Source of the DNA: Candidatus Bathyarchaeota archaeon
GTDB taxonomy: Archaea > Thermoproteota > Bathyarchaeia > Bathyarchaeales > Bathycorpusculaceae
Length of the DNA: 64,000 bases
Reading direction: 5' to 3'
Assembly: GCA_963765605.1 (NCBI GenBank)
Contig: CAVXXA010000006.1
Coordinates: 27,495 to 91,494, forward strand
The translations under genes and the position numbers were made by a program. The notes below the pieces were generated by a model. That model was not told the origin of the DNA, did not search any database, and was given only the letters and a program-made list of their open reading frames with translations. Shown piece after piece: positions 35,001 through 43,518 of the stretch (the first letter of the stretch is position 1; the number at the start of each line of letters is the position of its first letter).

Positions 35001-36115
35001 TGGCACAAATCGCCTTTGACGATGCTCCCATCGTCAACTCCAATGGCACCACTGAAAATCCTGAAAACTCCGACAAGCTCGCCCAGCGCAACCTGGAAAT
35101 CACTTTTTCCGACAATCCCGGGCCTCCTTCCACGCATCGCATCCCGCAAACCTTCGACACGCGTCGTAGCGCAGCCCTGATCACGGGCGGTGGCGACCTG
35201 CTCGACTACCCCGATGAACTAATGATTGACTGGGGGAACACTCCCGTGGGCGCCTCCGCTCACATCTACTGGCCACAGGTTAACGCTTCCGAGGTTCTTT
35301 CCCTCGCAAAGAAGCTCTATTCTACTCACCAGCTCTCTGCGGCCCATTCCAACACCATCCACTGCAGAGTCCCGAACGGGTTCACCTATGTGCCCATCCC
35401 TCCAGGCGTTGGCGACAATTACGCTGGACTCTTCACCGTCGATCTTCCTCCCGGCGTTGTCGTCACAGGGCAGGTCTTCACCATCACCATCCGTCGCATC
35501 TCAACACGCCGCGCCGGCGTTATTTTTGATCGCCCCACGATTTCTGCCAGCCCTGCGGGCGCCGCGTCCGCGCCTCAGATCGAAGTGCTCTCGCCTGACG
35601 CGGCGGTCGTGGGCAAGAAGATGGTCAACTGGCGCTACGTAACCGGTAGTTTTGCCGTGCGTATTCCTGTCACTACCTCAAAAGTCATGCTTCCGTTCGA
35701 GGAAGACACCCTCGCCATCATGAAGTGGCGGCTCACCCAGATGCTTCCCACCAACCGCTGGTATCCCGTTCTCGTTCGCTACATCTCTTATCTCATCGGC
35801 CGCGTCGACGGACTCGGCGGCAACTCCACTTCCATCCTTCCCAACCCCTACGGCGTCCCTTCTTCGCAAGTCGCCTACGAGGACCGCTGGGGATTCACCG
35901 GCAAGGTCATCTGCATCCTTTATGATCGCTTCGGTGACTTCGAAGGTTTCACCATTCTTACCGAGGAAGGCCACGAGCAGTACTTCCACGCGCGGGAACG
36001 CCAAATCGAATTCCTTGTTCGCACCGCATGGATTGAACGCATGATGATCACCGTCTTCGTCCACCCCCACGCCCCGCATGAGCCCGTTTCCATTGGCATG
36101 CGTCGTGCACATTGA
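32019..36115 (+). CDS. ~1360 aa S53 (sedolisin/kumamolisin) peptidase with pro-domain and long unknown C-terminal region, split by indels
   Basis: Pro-kumamolisin domain (YGASQADLDAV..F...GL.V), catalytic MEVTQD, QDNG, YPGSDPWVTCVGGT, PDVAG, GTSCACP, Ca-site NDITNGNN/GWDPCTGWGS. Continues through ORFs 33653-34195 and 34250-36115. Confidence 0.85.
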
Positions 36116-36205
36116 CCTTGTTGGAACGCCAAAGCCACATAGAGCGTTGTGCAGCGTTGCGCAGGGTAATCCTGGGGAGGAGGATACTTTTTCTAGAAGG
36201 AACTT

Positions 36206-36420
36206 GAACTCTGGCGTTACAAAATCGAGGCAGGCGAACTCCTAAAAGTCACCCCCAAACCCCTCGAACCAGAAAGCTACCAAGAAGCGTTACTATCAAA
36301 AACAGCCACCGACGGACGCCTAACCATCCTCAAACTAACCATGAAACCCCCCCAGCAGAAAGAAAAAACTCACCGCAAGCATCTTCCAAGCCACCATCAG
36401 CCCCGCAGGCAACCCAAACG
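36206..36420 (+). pseudogene. 3' part of the interrupted AbrB/MazE-like gene
   Basis: Reads ELWRYKIEAGELLKVTPKPLEPESYQEALLSKTATDGRLTILKLT, then after a shift KLTASIFQATISPA; no start of its own. Confidence 0.55.
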
Positions 36421-36421
36421 A

Positions 36422-36603
36422 CGCCATGCCCCCAGCCGAGGCAAATCCCCCAGAAAGCACCGAAAAAGTTCCTCGGCAAAATCAAACGCATCTGAAAAAA
36501 CCTCAACAACAAAACCCCATAACAACATTACCCGTCCAAAAACCAAGTGACAAACAAAACAATTCTTCAAAAAGCTCAAGGTTAGGCTTAAAAAGCTTGG
36601 GAT
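36422..36603 (+). repeat. Diverged ~185-bp direct repeat, copy 1
   Basis: CGCC.TGCCC..CCGAGGCAAATCCC.CAGAAA.CACCGAAA...GCAAAATCAAA...ACCCCAT...TCAAAAAGC...TAAAAAGCT.GGAT shared with 37157-37343. Confidence 0.8.
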
Positions 36604-36648
36604 GGAAATTGAAATGGTAGGTTAGTCCAAAGTGATATTGAAAAAGGT

Positions 36649-36879
36649 TTATACTGTGTCTAATATTTTAACGAATTCTTCTTTCGTTAATCCCGTATCT
36701 TTAATAATCTTGTTCAGCAGACCCGTGCCTAATTCTTCTCCTGCATGAACCGGCACAACAGTAAGCCTTCCATCCGCATGTTTCATAACGACGTGGCTGC
36801 CTCGCTTTCTCACAATCTTAAATCCCAATTTGGAAAGAGCTTTAATTATCTTTTTGGCTTTCTGTGGCTTCAAGCTCAT
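36649..36879 (-). CDS. hicA: HicA family toxin (mRNA interferase)
   Basis: LGFKIVRKRGSHVVMKH.DGR..VVPVH...LGTGLLNKI. Confidence 0.92.
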   Translation of the reverse strand: MSLKPQKAKKIIKALSKLGFKIVRKRGSHVVMKHADGRLTVVPVHAGEELGTGLLNKIIKDTGLTKEEFVKILDTV

Positions 36880-37091
36880 TCAGCTTGAACCTCTACGAAC
36901 TGAACTCCGACAAGCTCGGTGCGCCCATGCCCTTTCATCCCATCAGCTTCCAAATAAACTTCAATAGCCTCCTTGATCCTTTTCATTACTTCATCAAGAG
37001 TTTTAGCTTGGGTATGGCATCCAGGTAACTCTGAAACGGAAGCAACGTAGTAGCCGTCCTCATCTTTCTCAATCAATACTCCGAATTTCAT
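36876..37091 (-). CDS. hicB: HicB family antitoxin
   Basis: MKFGVLIEKDEDGYYVASVSELPGCHTQAKTLDEV..IKEAI; overlaps hicA (ATGA). Confidence 0.92.
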   Translation of the reverse strand: MKFGVLIEKDEDGYYVASVSELPGCHTQAKTLDEVMKRIKEAIEVYLEADGMKGHGRTELVGVQFVEVQAE

Positions 37092-37156
37092 CTTAACCAC
37101 CAGAAAGTACTGTGAATAGGAAACAATTACTAAAGCCTTCTTCCTAACTTCAGCGG

Positions 37157-37343
37157 CGCCGTGCCCTACCCGAGGCAAATCCCACAGAAAACACCGAAAC
37201 AAAATTACTCAGCAAAATCAAAGACACCCGAAAAAACAGCTAACAACACAACCCCATCAACCCAAACAGCTCTAGACAACACCACCTAGAAAAAACTCAA
37301 ACAACTCATCAAAAAGCCTAGGGGCCGCCTAAAAAGCTGGGAT
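37157..37343 (+). repeat. Diverged ~185-bp direct repeat, copy 2
   Basis: Aligns by eye along its length with 36422-36603. Confidence 0.8.
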
Positions 37344-37468
37344 TGGGCTTTTGAGTTGAGGTGCGATTCCCTTCCTCGTCTAGGGTTTAAGGAAGTGGTT
37401 TGCATGCTAATTACCTTGGATCCTCCAGTGGGCAATCTTACTTATAAAAAGAGCCTCAGAAACAGCAA

Positions 37469-37536
37469 GCCGAGCCGAATTTGAACCCAAACGGGTTCAA
37501 GCCGCAGACCAAAATCGCCGACCAACTAGGCATCGG
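37469..37536 (-). other. Degenerate tRNA-like sequence with an 8-bp hairpin
   Basis: Minus strand reads GCCTAGTTGG..GGCG...CTGCGG...GGGTTCAAAT.CGGCTCGGC; TTGAACCC-AAAC-GGGTTCAA hairpin at 37481-37500; stems do not form a full cloverleaf. Confidence 0.25.
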
Positions 37537-37625
37537 AAATGGCTAAGGTGACGTAGCTTATCCACGAGTAGTTCATGACTTTTTGTTAATTCTTTTGTTA
37601 CTATCACAATATTCACCCGATCATT

Positions 37626-38320
37626 TTACGGAAGCATTTTTTCCCTTCTAATTAGCCTACTTGACAAAATCAACAACACAATTGACAGGCCACCTGCAAT
37701 CACAGCAATAGACAAGTCAACTAGGAAGGCGATAGAAAATGGTAAGAACGAAATATAAAACGTTGGAATGATAACCACGGCGCCAATGGACAATGCAAGA
37801 GGACTATTGGCGCCCACTCTCTGTTTTTGTAATGAACTGAAAGCCATCATAGCAACTGTAGCTAAAGAAACGGCAGAGAAACCAAGCACGGCGGTAAGAG
37901 CTAACAGCGCTAGAGCTAAAAGTGTTGTCCCTGCAATAACGCTTGAGACGACATCGGCGGCGAATTCTGCAATGAAAAGAGTTAGTGCAAGGAAAAGCGC
38001 GGTTTTTAAGTAGCGTTTAAAGATGTCGCTTTGACTCCAGCCGAGTGAAAGTAGATACTCCAAAACGCCGTTGTTTTTGTCATAGACGTAAAGCATAATA
38101 ACAGAGGTAGTGAACATAAGAATTGCTAAAGCCATAAACGGAACGGCAATAAGGAAAAGTGCTTCAGGCGCACCTTTAGCAAGAAAGGTAATGGCGTCTG
38201 CTATGAAGATTCCAAAGGAAGCAAAGAAAATCCCCATTCCAGAATATATTTTGCTCAAACTGAGGCTTCGTTTAGCGAAAATCAATGTGTTATTTGGCAA
38301 CTTGCTGTGGCTCCTTTTGT
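37626..38320 (-). CDS. ABC-2 type transporter permease
   Basis: About 6 TM helices, YDKNNGVLEYLLSLG; start approximate. Confidence 0.75.
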
Positions 38321-39183
38321 GCTTTTTCCAGTTTTCCGTTGGGTGACTCAAAAAGCTCTTGCAGGGGATTATCAAGCTGCCGCATTTCGGTGACCAGAAC
38401 ACCGCTTTCAACCAATTTCTTCAAAGCAAGCCCTGCTTCTTCAGGGCTAGACGTATTCAAAACAAAGTAATCGCCCTCACGTTGGGCATCTATGATTTTA
38501 GATATGTCCTTTGAGGCTTTGATGCCTACTCGGTACTGTTTGGGTTTAATGTTTGAGATCTTATCAAACAATGTTACAGAACCATTCTTGATCAAAATCA
38601 GGTAAGTTCCAATGTCAGTTGCTTCATAGAGGTTATGGGAAGAGTACAGAATCATCTTGTCCTTACTTAATTTTAAAATGATGTCTCGAATTTCCTTTGA
38701 AATTGACGGGTCTAAATTGGCAGTAGGCTCATCTAACAGGTACAAATCGCTTTCGTGAAGAAACACCTTTGCAATAGCGGCTCTCTTTTTTTGTCCCTGT
38801 GAAAGATCCGAGAACCTTTTGTTTTTCAGTTGGCCGAGGTCCAGCAGGTCAATCACTTCGTCGGGATTTCCTCCTTCTATATCAGAGTAAAACTTGAGTG
38901 CGTTATACACAGTCATCTCTTCGGGCATTGCGTTGTACTGCGAGAGATAGCTCATTCTTGTTCTTGCTTAACCTGACGTGGTTGTGTTTTCGTCATCGAG
39001 AAGTATCTTCCCGCTGTATGGCTCTAGTATGCCAGCGATTGTTCTAAACAGAGTTGTCTTGCCCGCACCGTTTGGCCCTAAAACAACATATATTGACGGT
39101 TCTTGCAGTTTAAAGCTAATATTATGCAAGACGATTTGCCCATTGTACCCCGAAGATACATTATTCAATTCCAAAGCATGCAC
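38290..39183 (-). CDS. ABC transporter ATP-binding protein (split at ~38960)
   Basis: Walker A GPNGAGKTT, signature LSQGQ, LLDEPT, SSH. Confidence 0.9.
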
Positions 39184-39263
39184 AGTAATTTACCGCCAGT
39201 GTCTAATTCTTAATCTTTAGCTTACTTTGGGCGTTGACAAAGTAAAAAGATTGCTGTTGGGAC

Positions 39264-39495
39264 TTGAACCTCATGAGGCTGTATTCCAAAGTTGCCAACA
39301 AGCTTGCATTAAACAATGAGCAATTAATCTTTCTCAGAGAGCTAACTTCAGCAGCTTACGAGACAAGATAATATGGATTTTAGTTTCAAGCGCCCAAGAG
39401 AAAATTATACTAAGGATGTTGCAGATGAATACATGAACAAAGCGCTATTAATAATAGAGCAGATAAAAACAACCATAAAGGCGGAGAAAAAATGA
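39264..39495 (+). pseudogene. Degenerate HEPN-domain gene
   Basis: Reads NLMRLYSKV...LRELTSAAYETR*Y...RENYTKDVADEYMNKALLIIEQIK with stops and a shift; stop overlaps the MNT ATG. Confidence 0.55.
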
Positions 39496-39848
39496 CAACA
39501 GACGCGCTCATACTTAATGATCCCAGACCGCTCATGGAAAGAGTACATGAGTGGATAAGCAAAGTAGATGCGGAAGTGCACGTTGAAAAAGTGCTACTTT
39601 TCGGGTCTACTGCAAAGGGAACGCGCCGAGAGGAAAGCGACGTAGACTTAATAGTAGTGTCAGCAAGTTTCAGAGGAGTAAACGACTTGAAGAGAATCAG
39701 CACGTTACTTCGCTTATGGTCATACGTTGAAGAACTAAACATCATAGCATACACTCCCGAAGAATTCAACGAAGCCAAAGAACAGTTCATGGTCAAGAAA
39801 GCTCTCTCTTACGCAGTGGATTTGACGCCTAAGAAACCTCAGCGATAG
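39492..39848 (+). CDS. Minimal nucleotidyltransferase (MNT)
   Basis: LLFGSTAKG..EESDVDLIVV, YTPEEF. Confidence 0.9.
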   Translation: MTTDALILNDPRPLMERVHEWISKVDAEVHVEKVLLFGSTAKGTRREESDVDLIVVSASFRGVNDLKRISTLLRLWSYVEELNIIAYTPEEFNEAKEQFMVKKALSYAVDLTPKKPQR

Positions 39849-39887
39849 TTAAGTCACTTCCAAAGAGTCACCAGAACGAATATTTTC

Positions 39888-40082
39888 TTAATGCCTAATG
39901 TCATCGAGCGAGGGGTTTGGCGTGTCTGGGTCGTTCAGATATTCAATTATGAGTTCATTCATGTTTTCTTTCACTTCTTTCTCACTCTTTCCTTGAGTAG
40001 CAATATCTAATATGGGGCATGAAACAACAAGCCATTTTCCTTCTTTCGTTACCAATATTGGAAGAGGTATCTTGGCGCTCAT
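39888..40082 (-). CDS. Solo HicB-like antitoxin-domain protein
   Basis: KEGKWLVVSCPILDIATQGKSEKEV..N..E.I..YL. Confidence 0.75.
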   Translation of the reverse strand: MSAKIPLPILVTKEGKWLVVSCPILDIATQGKSEKEVKENMNELIIEYLNDPDTPNPSLDDIRH

Positions 40083-40125
40083 AATCGGTGGAAAAGCGGT
40101 TTTAGCTCATAAGTATTTTAGTAAT

Positions 40126-40413
40126 TCACTTGGTTTTGATACTGAAGTCTGCTTCGAAGGTTCTTGGATTAATCTGCCTTGTCTTGCCCACTTTCAACTC
40201 TGCTTTGCTGGTTAACGCTTTGAATTGATGGGCGAAGCTTTCAACATAATCTAGTATGCCGCAGCCATAGCAGAAGCCGCCTGAAAAGGAAATAGTAACC
40301 GCAACAGGCGAGGCTAATACGAGTTTAGCTGTTATTTCTGGGCTTCTAAGCCTGTTATAGAGGGCGATGGCTTTGCGAACGAGCTCTTCCATTTCCGCCT
40401 GAGACAAACTCAT
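40126..40413 (-). CDS. Archaeal hypothetical protein with CxxC
   Basis: Likely start MSLSQAE; YNRLRSPE, FSGGFCYGCG. Confidence 0.7.
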   Translation of the reverse strand: MSLSQAEMEELVRKAIALYNRLRSPEITAKLVLASPVAVTISFSGGFCYGCGILDYVESFAHQFKALTSKAELKVGKTRQINPRTFEADFSIKTK

Positions 40414-40426
40414 GATAAAACGCCGT

Positions 40427-41246
40427 TTAGAAGGGGATTCTTGAGCCGTCAAAGCCCAGTTTTGAAATTCCCAACTCTTCCTTAACTTCGCGCAGCTGTG
40501 CGGCATTGAAAACTGGTCCGTCTCTGCAAACGCGGTATTTGCCAATCACGCAGCTTCCGCACAAGCCTATGCCGCAACGCATCAGCCGTTCAAGGCTTGC
40601 TTCTATGGGTAGTTTGCGTTGCTCGGTTAACTCAAAAATTTTCTTCACCATAACTTCGGGTCCGCAGGTGTAGATCATGTCGAATTTTTCCCTGTCCAGC
40701 AGCTTGCCCAGAGGCTCTGTTACCATGCATTGCAAGCCGTAAGTGCCGTCTTCGGTTGTTGTAGTCAAGCTTTTCTCGTTGCAGATGCCGTTGAGTTCTT
40801 TGATAAAGAGAAGTTCGTCTTTGGTTTTGGCGCCTTCAACAAACGATAACCGCTCCGTTTTAGCCGCAAGCTGCTTTGCCAAAAAAAGGAGAGGCGCTGT
40901 TCCTGTTCCGCCGCTTACTAAGAGTACTCTGCCTCGGCTTTCAGTGAAGCTGTTGCCGAAAGGTCCACGTATGCCGATGGTTTCGCCTGCCGCCATGCTG
41001 TGCAGATGACGTGTTGCATCGCCGACCTGCTTGACCGATACCGAGACCAGCCCGTTGCCTGCATCCATTATGCTCAGCGGGATTTCGTCCACTCCGGGAA
41101 TCCAAAGCATCAAAAACTGCCCAGGCTTAGCTTTAGAGCACAGCCTATCAGGCATGATGAAGGTTTTAACGGTTGGGCTCTCCGCTCGTAACCCTGACGA
41201 TTTCCGTGGTTCTGAGCGTATTAGCTGCGGTGAGCGAGGCCGACAA
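40427..41246 (-). CDS. pyrK: Dihydroorotate dehydrogenase electron transfer subunit (frameshift near the 5' end)
   Basis: PGQFLMLW, RGPFGN, GGTGTAP, CGPE, MRCGIGLCGSC..VCRDGPVF; directly downstream of pyrD. Confidence 0.92.
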
Positions 41247-42144
41247 TTTCTTTCACACTCCCATAATGTTTCTTTCTCAAATAAACTTCCACTCCCTTAG
41301 TTATGGCTTGGAAAACATCCGTGTCCTCCAACGCGATGGCGCTGCCAACTTGAACAGCTGAAGCGCCAGCCAAGAAAAACTCAACGGCGTCACGCCAACC
41401 TGTTATTCCGCCGCAGCCTATTATTGGCACGTCGGGCAATTCTTCGCGGATGTCATATACGCATCGTAGGGCTACGGGCTTGATGGCTGGTCCAGACAAG
41501 CCGCCTTTTATGTTGCTTAAAATTGGACGCATCGTTTCAGAATCAATCGCCATCGCCTTAAGCGTGTTTACGGCTGTTAAGGCGTCTGCGCCAGCTTCGA
41601 CTGCCGTCCGAGCTATTGCAGCTATATCTGCGACGTTTGGCGAAAGCTTCACAATTACAGGTTTGCCAACTGCCGCCTTTACACCTTCAACCACTTCAGC
41701 GAGGAGCCTTGGGTTTTGACCGATTTCTGCGCCAGTTTGCTTAACATGGGGACAGGAAACATTAAGCTCGACTGCATCGGCGCCCGCATCAACGGCTTTT
41801 TTGGCAACTGCTGCGTATTCTTCTGCTGAGTAGCCGAACACGCTGACTATAAGCGGGATGCGCAGGAGGATTTTAGAGTACTTTATTTCTTCTGTGTACA
41901 AGTCGATGCCAGGGTTCGGCAGTCCCATAGCGTTGATTAATCCTGCCTCTGCCTGAACCACTGTTGGGTTTGCGTAGCCGACTCTGGGTTCTAATCCGAT
42001 GGATTTCGTGACTACGGCTCCTGCGCCGCCCTTGGCTACGCGATGCAGTGATTCAGCCGAGTAACCGAGTATTCCAGATGCTAGAATGGTCGGGTTTGCC
42101 AGCTGCAAGCCTGCTAAGCTGGTGCCTAACGGATTGCTTTCCAA
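41221..42144 (-). CDS. pyrD: Dihydroorotate dehydrogenase family 1B
   Basis: NAMGLPNPG, ELNVSCPH, VKLSPN, GGLSGPAIKP, AGASAVQVG. Confidence 0.95.
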   Translation of the reverse strand: MESNPLGTSLAGLQLANPTILASGILGYSAESLHRVAKGGAGAVVTKSIGLEPRVGYANPTVVQAEAGLINAMGLPNPGIDLYTEEIKYSKILLRIPLIVSVFGYSAEEYAAVAKKAVDAGADAVELNVSCPHVKQTGAEIGQNPRLLAEVVEGVKAAVGKPVIVKLSPNVADIAAIARTAVEAGADALTAVNTLKAMAIDSETMRPILSNIKGGLSGPAIKPVALRCVYDIREELPDVPIIGCGGITGWRDAVEFFLAGASAVQVGSAIALEDTDVFQAITKGVEVYLRKKHYGSVKEIVGLAHRS

Positions 42145-42347
42145 CTTTTCTCACCGTTCACAATCTAGTTATTTACTTTTAAAAAGATAAAGCTTCACTT
42201 AGCCAACTGCATCATTCGTTAAAAGTAGGTTATAGCGTCACTTTGAAAGTTATAACACTTTTTATGTTTACTTTGCTGCGTCATTGAAAGAAATCAGTAT
42301 TTTTTGTGAAAAAAGAAAATGAGGATTAAGTTAAACCTTTTAATGCC

Positions 42348-42398
42348 TTATTTCTTCTTTTTAGCCTTTTTAGCTTCTTTTTTTGGAGCCTTAGCCAC
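42348..42398 (-). CDS. 16-aa lysine-rich micropeptide MAKAPKKEAKKAKKKK
   Basis: GAGGT RBS 7 nt before GTG and a TTTTAAATA TATA-like box upstream; isolated in an intergenic gap. Confidence 0.5.
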   Translation of the reverse strand: MAKAPKKEAKKAKKKK

Positions 42399-42685
42399 TG
42401 CAATAACCTCAAAGTTACATTTGGCTTCAATTTGTATTTAAAATTTGCTTATGGCTAAAGCATTCTGACGCAACCAATAAAATGACTTAAAAATAGGCGC
42501 TATAAGCAAAATAACCCTAAAATTAGGCGACTAATTATGGGGTTTTCCCATGCTTTTTTAGTTGGTCAGATTTTACATTTACGTGTCAATAGCAAGGGCT
42601 TGCTATTAGGAAGTTTTTTCACTTTGGAAACTCTTTTATAGCACCCTGTTGTAAAAAATTACACAGCAATGCAAAAAAATTCACG

Positions 42686-43493
42686 GTGACTAAGGAAATG
42701 TTTAGCCCAGAAAAATTCACTCCGAGCCAAACAAGCCAAAGAACCAAACAAATCGCTTTGCTTGCAATTTTTAGCGCGCTCTACATTGTTTTACGATTCA
42801 TCCCGTTCAGTTTGCTCATAGGAGCAACAGGAGGCTACCTATCGTTCTCCGACTTTCTCGCCCCAATAATAGGCATCCTCTTAGGACCCTACCTAGGCGG
42901 GTTAACTGTATTAATCGGAAACTTTGGAGCAATTGGGTTTGGTAGAGCCACAAATTTCCCGACGCTTTTCGGGTTAGGCGACTTCGTGCCAGACTTTGTT
43001 GCAGTTGTTTCAGTGGGCTTTCTAATGAGGCGCAAATGGCTACCAGTCGTTGCCCTGAATGCTGGGTTACTGGCACTGTTTTTTGTTGACCCATTAACAA
43101 GCATATTTGTAACTGTCCCAGGCACATCGATTTCAATTCCTATTCGCTTGGATGCATATCGCCGCATTCGCGGTGTTGCTTTCACCGTTGTCGCTAAAAG
43201 CGGCAAAATGGGTAGAGTCAGGCACCAAAAAAATCGCTGCGGGAATGGCTGTTTTAGCGTTTATTGGAACAATGATGCAGCACCTTGCAGGAAACATACT
43301 GTTTGAAGTGTCATTCGGTCAAATCAGCCCGCCTATAATTCCAGCGGCGGCATGGCCAGCAGAGTGGACAGCGGTACTCTTTGCCTACCCAATAGAACGA
43401 ACAATACTGATTGTTTGCGCTGTACTAGTTGGAACACCCATAATACTGACAGTTATGAGAAACCACTTCCTAAAAATCGGAAAACAAAAATAA
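42686..43493 (+). CDS. ECF transporter S-component-like membrane protein (frameshift ~43145)
   Basis: IALLAIFSALY, PIIGILLGPYLG, about 7 TM helices, YPIER. Confidence 0.65.
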
Positions 43494-43518
43494 GTCCAAG
43501 ATAACTTACTCAAAACAG

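Larger units (their letters stand above)
28009..36205. mobile_element. GC-rich horizontally acquired insertion without a recognisable recombinase
   Basis: GC is visibly much higher than the flanks (roughly 60% by eye) over 28.7-36.1 kb. CTT at 28006-08 and 36203-05. Removing the interval restores the reading VPTL-ELWRYK. Confidence 0.65.

Noticed and set aside
28009-36205. Island as a prophage, IS or casposon
   Set aside because: No capsid, integrase, transposase, polymerase or long terminal inverted repeats visible.
39251-39275. GGGACTTGAACC resembling a reverse tRNA T-arm/att site
   Set aside because: Too short, and it overlaps the start of the HEPN remnant reading frame.
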